The position numbers and the translations under genes were made by a program. The notes below the pieces were generated by a model. It was not told the origin of the DNA. It saw only the letters and a list, made by a program, of their open reading frames with translations, and made no database searches. From a virus (taxonomy: Duplodnaviria; Caudoviricetes), in the IMG/VR virus record IMGVR_UViG_3300048852_000054, positions 1 through 50,202 of that record: a stretch of DNA of 50,202 bases, one strand, 5' to 3'. Shown in pieces: positions 27,362 to 35,229 of this stretch (position 1 is the first letter of the stretch; every line of letters begins with the position of its first letter).

Positions 27362-28867
27362 TCAGCCGCCCCACTTCACGCCGGTGAGCATGCCGAAGGC
27401 CTGCTCGTAGCGCAGGGCGAAGTCGTGGCTCATGTCGAGCTTGATCGCCATCATGCCCTGCGCCCACATGTTCACCTGCTGGCCGCTGGCATCCTTGAAG
27501 GAGGCCTGGTCGGAGGTGGACAGGCGCATGGTCACGCTGTCGCCGATCATGGCGTAGCGGTGCGCGCCGAAGAAGATGTCGCCGCCGGCACCGGCCGGGC
27601 CGGTGATCTGGGTGGTGGTCGCCACCGGATAGCCCAGCAACGTCGGATTCGGCCCCTCCAGCGTCGGGAAGGCCTTCAGGTCGCCCTGGTACAGGTCCTC
27701 CAGGTACATCTTCACGGCCGGATTCAGGAACCAGGCCGGCTCGTTGCCGTCCACCGGCACGTTGGCATCCGCCAGCGCCTTCAGGATCTTGCGCAGATCG
27801 GCGCGCACCTGCGCGTTGGTCGGCGTGGTGCTGCTGGTGGCGGCGAACTTCTGCGCGGCAGGGATGGCGTTGGCATAGCCCTTCACCTCCTTGCCCACGC
27901 CGTTGCCGTAGAGGAACTTGCGGTCCTCGAACTCCGCCGCGGCGCGGATCAGCTCGTCCCGGCAGTAGGATTCGAGCCCGATCGTGTTGGCGTTGCGGAG
28001 CAGCTTCTGGCTGATCGGCAGAATCGCGGAGATGTCCTTCTCCGTCATATCGATCAGGCCGAAGGTGACCCCGGTTACCTGCCCCTGCTCGTTCTCGCCG
28101 ACATAGCCGACCGTCGCACCGGTCTTGCCCTTCAGGTAGGAGGCATTGCCCGGCACCACCTGGCCGCGGCGGCGGACGATGGTGTTCGGCCCGAACAGGC
28201 GGATGATCTCGGAGGCATAGGTCGGCGCCACGAGGAAGCCGCCCCCGGCGTTGTCGTTCAGCGTCTGAGCACGCTGCACCGCCTCGGTCACCGGATGCCG
28301 CTCGCCGTAGAGATCCTTGGCGATCTGGCCCGGCGCGACAATGCGCCCCTCGGAGCGGAAGGCGAACTGCGACTGGGCATAGGAGCGGACGAAGGCGCCG
28401 AACTCCCAGCCGAGGTCGCGCCGCTCCGCCACCTGCGCCGGCACGGCGCCCGCGCGCCGTTCCACCGGATCCTGGGCCTGCGTCGTGCCCGGCTGCGGGG
28501 CGGGAGCCTGGGCGGCGGCGGCAGAGCGACGCACCGCGTCCAGCCGCTCGGCCCGCTGGATGTCCTCGTCCAGGGTCCGGACCTGGCCCTCCAGCTCGTC
28601 GAAGCGCTTGCGCGTCTCTTCGGTCAGCTCGCCCTTGGCGAGCTCCTCCAGCTCCTCCATGGCCTTGGCGCGCTTCTGCTTCAGGTCGGCGAGCGCGATG
28701 GTGCCGCCGAGCGCCCCGAGCAGGCTCAGCGACCAGTCGGCCGGGCGGAAGGTGCCGGCCATGTCGAGTGCCGCGGCCGAAGCAGGCGTGGGATCGAACA
28801 GCGCGACGCCTGCCAGCACCAGGCACAGCATGGCGAGCGCCGCGGTCAGCAGGCGACCGTGCTTCAT
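27362..28867 (-). CDS. HK97-fold major capsid protein
   Basis: Coiled-coil delta domain, AGGGFLVAPTY, VGENE, ISQKLLRN, FLYGNG, LLGYPV; GGAG RBS before ATG 28867. Confidence 0.93.
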   Translation of the reverse strand: MKHGRLLTAALAMLCLVLAGVALFDPTPASAAALDMAGTFRPADWSLSLLGALGGTIALADLKQKRAKAMEELEELAKGELTEETRKRFDELEGQVRTLDEDIQRAERLDAVRRSAAAAQAPAPQPGTTQAQDPVERRAGAVPAQVAERRDLGWEFGAFVRSYAQSQFAFRSEGRIVAPGQIAKDLYGERHPVTEAVQRAQTLNDNAGGGFLVAPTYASEIIRLFGPNTIVRRRGQVVPGNASYLKGKTGATVGYVGENEQGQVTGVTFGLIDMTEKDISAILPISQKLLRNANTIGLESYCRDELIRAAAEFEDRKFLYGNGVGKEVKGYANAIPAAQKFAATSSTTPTNAQVRADLRKILKALADANVPVDGNEPAWFLNPAVKMYLEDLYQGDLKAFPTLEGPNPTLLGYPVATTTQITGPAGAGGDIFFGAHRYAMIGDSVTMRLSTSDQASFKDASGQQVNMWAQGMMAIKLDMSHDFALRYEQAFGMLTGVKWGG

Positions 28868-28907
28868 CGTGATTCTCCGTGTGGTTGCCGGGCACCCCCG
28901 GCCAGGG

Positions 28908-29534
28908 TTAGCCCCGGAGCCGCAGCAGGCGGAGCCGAAGGGCAGGATCGCCGCCCGGCAATGCGCCGGCGCGGGATTCAAGAACCGACCGCAACGCGAC
29001 CGAAGTCTTCGCATAGGCCGGCATGGAGACGATCGAGACCTCCCGCAGCGTCGCCGAGCGGTGCGCCACGCTGCGCAGCCGCCCGTTGTCGCCATAGGAG
29101 CGGAGCATGTCCTTCGGCACGAAGCCGAAGCTCATGCCCGGGTAGTTCTTCGCCCGGATGTTCTCCAGCGCGTCGCGGGCGAGCTGGGTATCCGGCAAGT
29201 CGGCCTCGAACTCGAGCCCGCGGGTTGCGTCCCGCAGCCGGAGATTGCCGGCCTTGGTCCGCGCCAGCAGCGCGCGCGTATCGTGCTCCAGGAGCAATCG
29301 GACATCGGCGCCCGAGCGCAACGTCTCGCCGAAGACGCCGGGCTCCAGCCACTCCTCGAACTCGTGACCGCCCCAGCTCCGGATCTTGGTCCGGGCATTG
29401 TACGGGGCCGCCAGGCCCTCGATCCGTCGGGCTGGCCGCCCCTCGGCGTCCGTGGCCACGCGGACCTCAACCTCGAGGAACCGCAGCTCGAACTCGGCCG
29501 GTATCTCACTGTCCCGGTCAGACATTGACGTCAT
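28908..29534 (-). CDS. HK97-family prohead maturation protease
   Basis: IEGLAAPYN, LLEHD, GLEFEADLPDT, GMSFGF, LREVSIVSMPAY. Confidence 0.93.
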   Translation of the reverse strand: MTSMSDRDSEIPAEFELRFLEVEVRVATDAEGRPARRIEGLAAPYNARTKIRSWGGHEFEEWLEPGVFGETLRSGADVRLLLEHDTRALLARTKAGNLRLRDATRGLEFEADLPDTQLARDALENIRAKNYPGMSFGFVPKDMLRSYGDNGRLRSVAHRSATLREVSIVSMPAYAKTSVALRSVLESRAGALPGGDPALRLRLLRLRG

Positions 29535-29702
29535 CCTTGCAGACGATCCATGGGCGGGGGCTGGAGCGGACGTCCGGCTTGAAGCCGGCGCAAAGAGCCC
29601 CTACGTTCGGTATTGGGTGCCGGGTACGTTCCGGACGTTTAGTGCCAAGGCCCAGCGGCGCGAGCCGCCGGTGCACGAAGCGCCTGGCGCCCACGGTCCC
29701 CC

Positions 29703-30221
29703 TCAGATCCGCCGCTTCCAGAGCGTCTTGAGCGCGACCTGGCGCTTGCCGTGCCGCACCTGCTCCACGAGCTCGTATTCGTAGCGTCCGATGCGCGCCC
29801 GGTACCGGACAGTGGGAGCGCCGCCGCCACCGCCGCCGCGCTTTCCGACCACCTTGCCCATCCCGGCGATGCGCCCGACCAGAGCGAAATCCCGCGGCTT
29901 AAGTGGCGCCTGCCCCCGTTTCGCCTCTCGGTCGTGCCCCCCGTGGCTGCGCAGCGCGTGGCGGATGTCGCCGCTGTCCAGCACGCGGGCGTAGCCCCGA
30001 ATGTCGATCCCTGTGGCCGCGCGAACCGCCTCGGCGTTCGCATCGGAGACGCGGCCCGCCTCGAGCCGCAGGGTAATCGTGCCGCCCTCGATGCAGCGCC
30101 TCACGTGGCGCTTCACCTTGCGCCAACCCGGGAAGCCGGAGCCGACCCATCGCCCGTCCGGCCCGCGCGGCTGATCCGGGCGGAAGGCCCGCTCCTCTAG
30201 CGTCTTCGACCGGGAAAAGGG
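29703..30221 (-). CDS. BECR/PBECR-like RNase toxin domain, predicted C-terminal extension of the portal via -1 frameshift
   Basis: -1 frame after C-CCU-UUU reads FRPDQPRGPDGRW...LDSGDIRHALRSHG...EAKRGQAPLKPRDF...YELVEQVR...LKTLWK. Confidence 0.7.
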   Translation of the reverse strand, partial: PFSRSKTLEERAFRPDQPRGPDGRWVGSGFPGWRKVKRHVRRCIEGGTITLRLEAGRVSDANAEAVRAATGIDIRGYARVLDSGDIRHALRSHGGHDREAKRGQAPLKPRDFALVGRIAGMGKVVGKRGGGGGGAPTVRYRARIGRYEYELVEQVRHGKRQVALKTLWKRRI

Positions 30222-31498
30222 CCGGCAGGCGGCGCCTCCGCCGCCGCGCCAGCCTTCCCAGCCAGGCCCTGGGCGGCCAGCCGGACCGGCACCGAAGCCG
30301 AGTTGATGAAGAGTTCGTCGCCACCTGGCAGCGGCGGGCGATTATCCTCGGCGCGCGCCTCGTTCGGCGTCATGCGGCCGTTCTGGATCGCCTTCTCCAG
30401 CACCTCGGCACGGGTCTTCAGGTCGCCGCGCAGCAGCTCGCTCTCGTCGTGGTCGACATAGAGAGTGCGACGCTCCTCCGGCGTCAGCAGGTCCTTCTGG
30501 ATGGTCTGCGCCAGGTCCACCAGATGCGGCCGAAGGCAGTGCTTGTAGTGGGCAAGGTCGAGGTGCTCGACGTTCGAGAAGGTGCCGCGCTCCAGGTCAT
30601 TGATCAGGTGTGCTGTGACCCGCAGGATCCCGCCAATGACCGAGCGGTTGTACTTTCGGGTCTCCAGGAGCTGCGCCCGCTCGTTGTCCTGGCTCATCGG
30701 CGTGAACCTGGCGCCACCGCCGAACACGCCGATCTTGCCGGCGTTGTGGCTGCCCGCGTAGGCCTCCTTCACCAGCTCCCGGAGCTTGCGCGCCTCCTCC
30801 GGCGGCAATGCACCCTCCACGCTCAGCATGCCGGAGAGGCTGGCGCCATTGGCGAAGGAGCGATTGGCGAAGTCGTTGGTCGCCAGCGCGCCGCCGATCG
30901 TCTCGGCCTGGTAGATCTGCCAGACCGAGACGCCCATCAGCCCGTAGTTCGGCCCGCGCAGCGGCGGCAGGTTCTGGACGTGGAAGATCTCGTCTTCCAG
31001 GAACACCACCTGGGCGCCACTCGGCGCCGAGACCCGATAGGCGCGGCGCTGCAGGCCGGAGACGGGGTCGGCGTACCAGAACGGCTGCACCCGCCCGTTC
31101 TCGACGGGGTGGAGCTCCCGGATCCGACCTGCCTGGTCCCGCAGCACCAGGGAGTAGTGATTGCCGTAGTGCAGCTTCTCGAAGAAGACCAGCTTCCAGA
31201 AGCCGAAGGCGGTCATGTGCGGGCAGGGCCCGACCGTCAGCAGGTCATAGAGCGGATGGTCGGAAGCGTGCTGACGCTTCGCTCCGCGCTCCCGATAGAG
31301 GTAGGCCGGGAGCATGGCGCAGCCCTCGGCGATGACGTTGTAGCAGGACAGCACCGTCTCGTGCGTGAGCGGGCTCTCGGCCGTCACCGTCACCCCGGCC
31401 GCGGTTGGCCCGAAGCCGAAGAAGGGCAGGTTCTTCCAAACATCCCAGGTCTGGGCGGAACGCGTCTGCTCGCGGCGCCGGAAGGGCCAGATACGCAT
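30197..31498 (-). CDS. HK97-family portal protein
   Basis: DHPLYDLL..GP, LHYGNHY, DEIFHV, FANGA, QLLETRK, TFSNVEH, LLRGD, MTPNEARA. Confidence 0.95.
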   Translation of the reverse strand: MRIWPFRRREQTRSAQTWDVWKNLPFFGFGPTAAGVTVTAESPLTHETVLSCYNVIAEGCAMLPAYLYRERGAKRQHASDHPLYDLLTVGPCPHMTAFGFWKLVFFEKLHYGNHYSLVLRDQAGRIRELHPVENGRVQPFWYADPVSGLQRRAYRVSAPSGAQVVFLEDEIFHVQNLPPLRGPNYGLMGVSVWQIYQAETIGGALATNDFANRSFANGASLSGMLSVEGALPPEEARKLRELVKEAYAGSHNAGKIGVFGGGARFTPMSQDNERAQLLETRKYNRSVIGGILRVTAHLINDLERGTFSNVEHLDLAHYKHCLRPHLVDLAQTIQKDLLTPEERRTLYVDHDESELLRGDLKTRAEVLEKAIQNGRMTPNEARAEDNRPPLPGGDELFINSASVPVRLAAQGLAGKAGAAAEAPPAGPFPGRRR

Positions 31499-33318
31499 CA
31501 CACGACCCCTCCGAAGATGTTGTCTGCCGTCATGGCTGGAGCGCCGCTCTCAGCTGCGGTCGCAGCCCCCACAGCCATCGCCAACGCGACCATGCCGTCG
31601 ATGCGGCCGCGCGACCGCTTCTTGTCGAAGAACCGGTTGCCCTGGCCGTCCGACACCAGCGTCGCATTGCCGGAGCACCAGGTGGTCAGACCGCTGGCCT
31701 CGATCGTGATTCCGTCGGCGAGAATCAGATCCTCCAGCGCTTGCACCGACCGCGGCATCCAGAGCTGGCGCTCGGAGTGCAGCCCTGCGCGCCCCTGTGC
31801 ATGGCGGATCAGCTTAAGGCCGGAGCCAGCCGGCTCCTTCGGACCCATGTATTCCCATGTCTCGAAGCCGGCCTCGCGCGCCTCGTCCCGGAAGCCCTGG
31901 AAATGCGCGTTGTCGAAGGCCATGGCCTGCACGTCATGCTCGGCGCACAGTCCCTTCACCTCGCTGACTACGAAGCCCATGCCGATGGTCCGGCCAGGCA
32001 CGGCGTTCAGCACGCCCTCCTCGACCCATTGGGCATAGGGCGCCTTGTCCTCCGTCTCCGCCTTGGCCAACCCTTCCCGCGGCTTCCAGTAGCGGAGCCG
32101 GGCATGCAGATGCCCGGCTTCGTCGCGCCACACCGCGGCGAGCGCCGTCAGGTCGTTCCGCTGACTAGGGTCCATGCCAAGCCAGCAGGGCTGGCCGCGC
32201 AGCGCCGCCTCATCCACCGCGCCGAGCACTGCATTCCAGCGGTCCTCGTCGATCCAGTAGGAGGAGGAGCCGACCGGGATCCCGAAGAACAGTCGCTTGA
32301 CGGCCAGCGCCTTACTGGCAAGGCCGCGGGCCTTGTCCACCTCGCCCCGCACGTTCTCGACCGGGTACGTGATGCCGAGCGCGGGCAGCGCCTTGGGCCA
32401 GCAGCTCTCGTCCTCGAAGGGGTCGTCCCTCGGGTGGTCGACGCGGGCGATGAAGGCGAAGCTGCTGTCGTCCTTGAACTGGCCCTTGACGATGCCCTGG
32501 TAGAGCTCGCTGTACTCCGTGCCGACGAGCTGGTCAGCGGCCGGGGTGTTGGTGCCCAGCATCATCAGCGGGTCACCCGGCATCTTGGTGATCGCTGCCG
32601 ACCACAGCTCGATGGCCGCCGCCGACTTGAACTCGTGGATCTCGTCAGCCAGCACGCCGGTCGGGCGCGGGCCGGAGATGCTGTCGCCGTCGGCGAGCGC
32701 CTGAAACTTTGACTGCGATTCTGGGTGCTCGATCTTCCACGCCATGTCGCCGGTCCCGCGCACGGTGACGATGCCGCGTCCCTCGAGCGTGTCGCCCTCA
32801 TCCTCGCCCGGGATCTGCGCCCGGCACATCGCCACCGCGTCGCGGAACAGGACGTTCGCCTGGTCCTTGCTGCCCGCGATGGCGTAGACCTCGGCGCGAG
32901 GGATGCCCGAGAACCCGGTCAGGTAGAGGCCGACGCCCGCCATCAGCGGCGACTTGGCCTGCCCCTTGCCCGTCTCAAGCCACGCCGTCCGGTAGCGCCG
33001 GAGGCCATCCGAGCGGCGCCAGCCGAACAGCGAGCCGACCGTGAACAAGTGCCACGGCAGCAGCGTGAACGGCTCACCAGCCTTGGCGCCCGCGGTGATG
33101 GACAGCACGGCCGGGAAGAACCCGATCGCGCGCGCCGCCAGCTCCGGCCGCCAGTGCAGCCCCCTCGCCTCCCCGTCCTGCAGGTCGCGGAGGTGACGCT
33201 CGGCGGCGTAGCGGACGAGCTCGCCCGCCACTATGCGGCCCGCGACGGCGTCCTGTGCCCAAGCGGTTGTGGGATCAGCGAGAGCTGGTGCCGAGATAGT
33301 TGTCCGCTGCCGTCGCAC
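31498..33318 (-). CDS. terL: Terminase large subunit
   Basis: Walker A-like GKGQAKS, Walker B LADEIHE, GMDPS nuclease motif, KKRSRGRIDGMVALAMA. Confidence 0.95.
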   Translation of the reverse strand: MRRQRTTISAPALADPTTAWAQDAVAGRIVAGELVRYAAERHLRDLQDGEARGLHWRPELAARAIGFFPAVLSITAGAKAGEPFTLLPWHLFTVGSLFGWRRSDGLRRYRTAWLETGKGQAKSPLMAGVGLYLTGFSGIPRAEVYAIAGSKDQANVLFRDAVAMCRAQIPGEDEGDTLEGRGIVTVRGTGDMAWKIEHPESQSKFQALADGDSISGPRPTGVLADEIHEFKSAAAIELWSAAITKMPGDPLMMLGTNTPAADQLVGTEYSELYQGIVKGQFKDDSSFAFIARVDHPRDDPFEDESCWPKALPALGITYPVENVRGEVDKARGLASKALAVKRLFFGIPVGSSSYWIDEDRWNAVLGAVDEAALRGQPCWLGMDPSQRNDLTALAAVWRDEAGHLHARLRYWKPREGLAKAETEDKAPYAQWVEEGVLNAVPGRTIGMGFVVSEVKGLCAEHDVQAMAFDNAHFQGFRDEAREAGFETWEYMGPKEPAGSGLKLIRHAQGRAGLHSERQLWMPRSVQALEDLILADGITIEASGLTTWCSGNATLVSDGQGNRFFDKKRSRGRIDGMVALAMAVGAATAAESGAPAMTADNIFGGVV

Positions 33319-34159
33319 GCTTCGCCTTCTTCAGTGCTTTGCCGGCGGCTGCGCGGCGGCGCGGGTTGAGGCAGAGCTCCATCTCCTGCGATGTCGCGTC
33401 GCTGTCCGCGGCGCGCATCTCCGTCTGCCAGATGTTCAGCATCGGGACCTTCGTCCGCTTTGCCTGCACCACCGCGCCGTCAGCCATCACCATGGCGGCG
33501 GCGAGGTCGTAGCGGACATAGGCGAGCACCAGGCGCTGCACCGCGTGCCGGTTAACCGGCGCGAGGGTCTGGCTATCCCGCAGCTCGGCGGTGACCCGCC
33601 CCCACTCGCGGTGCGCCATGGCGCGAAGTGTCTCGTGGCGGCCGTCCTCGCGGTCCGGAATGAGGAAGGTCCAGTCCGGCTCCTCGATGTCGGCGCCAGG
33701 CCCAGCAATGACCGAGAGGACTGGGACGACAGGGGGCTGGGCCGAAACCCCCCCTCCACTTTCTGCCCTCCGCGAAAATGGAGGCCCGGACCGGTCCGGA
33801 CCCCCGGCGGCGCCAGAGATTAGCGCCCCCCCGGGGGGCTTGGTGGAGCGTGGCTTCAGCCAGGGATGCGAGGGATCCAGCGGGCGGCCCTGCGCATCAC
33901 AACCGCGAACCGCCGGGGTACCGCCGCTCCGGCGGTCGCCCCTCGCATTCTCCTTCACCTGATTGTCGCAGTTGATGCAGCGCGTGATCAGGTTAGGCAG
34001 CGCGTCAGCCCCGCCGGCCCGCCGCGATACGATGTGGTCCACCGTGAGGCGTTTCGTGCTGCCGCAGCCCGGCGTGGCGCAGCGGTGCCCGTCACGATCA
34101 AGCGCCGCCTTGCGGAGGCGGCGCCATTCGGCAGTGCGGTAGAACGGGTCGCCCGGCAT
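33275..34159 (-). CDS. HNH endonuclease joined in frame to a P27-family terminase small subunit
   Basis: N-half FYRTAEWRRLR..DGHRC..TVDHI..NLITRC..GCDAQGRPLDPSHPW; C-half EWGRVTAEL...ELCLNPRRR; no stop codon between them. Confidence 0.8.
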   Translation of the reverse strand: MPGDPFYRTAEWRRLRKAALDRDGHRCATPGCGSTKRLTVDHIVSRRAGGADALPNLITRCINCDNQVKENARGDRRSGGTPAVRGCDAQGRPLDPSHPWLKPRSTKPPGGALISGAAGGPDRSGPPFSRRAESGGGVSAQPPVVPVLSVIAGPGADIEEPDWTFLIPDREDGRHETLRAMAHREWGRVTAELRDSQTLAPVNRHAVQRLVLAYVRYDLAAAMVMADGAVVQAKRTKVPMLNIWQTEMRAADSDATSQEMELCLNPRRRAAAGKALKKAKRATAADNYLGTSSR

Positions 34160-34764
34160 CAGGCCAGCTCGACCACTTTGCGAGGCACCGTCACCTCGCG
34201 TTGCCCACCCAGCAGTGACATGAGCAGGCGCACCCGCTTGCCACTGTCCCACAGGCAGACGCCCTCGTGGTCGGCAAATGCGCCGCCGGTGACCCGTAGC
34301 TTTGCCCCGGCTTCGATCAGCGCGGGGCGAGGGTCCTGCATGATCGGGCGGTCGTAGCCCAGCGCGAACAGCGCCTGCACCTGGCGGTCAGCCACAGGCA
34401 ACGGGGCTTCAGGCCCCGCGCTCAGAAGACCCTTCACGCCCCGGGTGTAGAGGATGCTGCGCCAGGGCTGGGCGCGCCTGTCGAAGCGGACCAGCAGGTA
34501 GCGCGGAAAGGCGGGGACCGCAGCTGCGCGCATGATGCCGGGCCGCCAGGGCCGCAGCTCCATCACCAGCGGAAGGAAGGCGCCGAAGCCCTGATCGTCC
34601 AGGCGGTCCCGGACCTCGGCTTCGCGGCCCTGGTGCGTCTCGACGCAGTACCAGCGGCCAGAATGGCTGCCGCACTCCGGGAGCTTTCGCTCCGAGAGTG
34701 CGTGCCCAACCGTTACGGCGCCAGGACTCACGACGTCAAGCGGTTTATGCACCATCGTGTTCAT
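34159..34764 (-). CDS. NusG/RfaH-family transcription antitermination factor
   Basis: WYCVET..GRE, PAFPRYLLVRF, TRGVKGLL, KOW motif GAKLRVTGGAFAD.EG. Confidence 0.88.
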   Translation of the reverse strand: MNTMVHKPLDVVSPGAVTVGHALSERKLPECGSHSGRWYCVETHQGREAEVRDRLDDQGFGAFLPLVMELRPWRPGIMRAAAVPAFPRYLLVRFDRRAQPWRSILYTRGVKGLLSAGPEAPLPVADRQVQALFALGYDRPIMQDPRPALIEAGAKLRVTGGAFADHEGVCLWDSGKRVRLLMSLLGGQREVTVPRKVVELA

Positions 34765-35023
34765 CCCCCAGCCCCCTGCGCCGCAGCGGCGGCGCTTCCC
34801 CTAAGTCGAACGTCAGGGCGAGCCGCAGCCGGCCCTCGTGTCGGACAAGGCTGCCCGTCGGACTCGCGAGGGCACCTAGCGGGCGCCATCCAACGGCTGC
34901 GCCGCACCACACCTCGAGCCCGGCGCCGAGGCCCTCGAGCTCGCCACGCACACTGCCGATCAGGCGCGTGTCGTCCTCGGAGGGAGGCGGCAAGAGCGCG
35001 CTGAGGAGGTCGGCGTCAGCCAT
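34745..35023 (-). CDS. Hypothetical protein
   Basis: GAGG RBS before MADADLL; fills the gap between primase and NusG. Confidence 0.45.
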   Translation of the reverse strand: MADADLLSALLPPPSEDDTRLIGSVRGELEGLGAGLEVWCGAAVGWRPLGALASPTGSLVRHEGRLRLALTFDLGEAPPLRRRGLGDEHDGA

Positions 35024-35229
35024 AGGCACCGCCTCTGAGCCCGCAGAGACGGGCAGCAACGAAACCACCCACTGAACCAACGAAACCACTATATAAGACA
35101 TTGATATTATTAGTTCTGTAGGTTCTGTAGGTTTTGGATGGGGTATTCCCCTTTGATCCCTTCCCGCGTGTTTGGGGGGATTGCCTGCACGAAACCCACG
35201 AAACCCACGTAACTCCGGATTTCAATGGG

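Noticed and set aside
28868-29095. Upstream extension of the capsid ORF to 29095
   Set aside because: It overlaps the protease gene. The RBS-supported start is ATG 28867.
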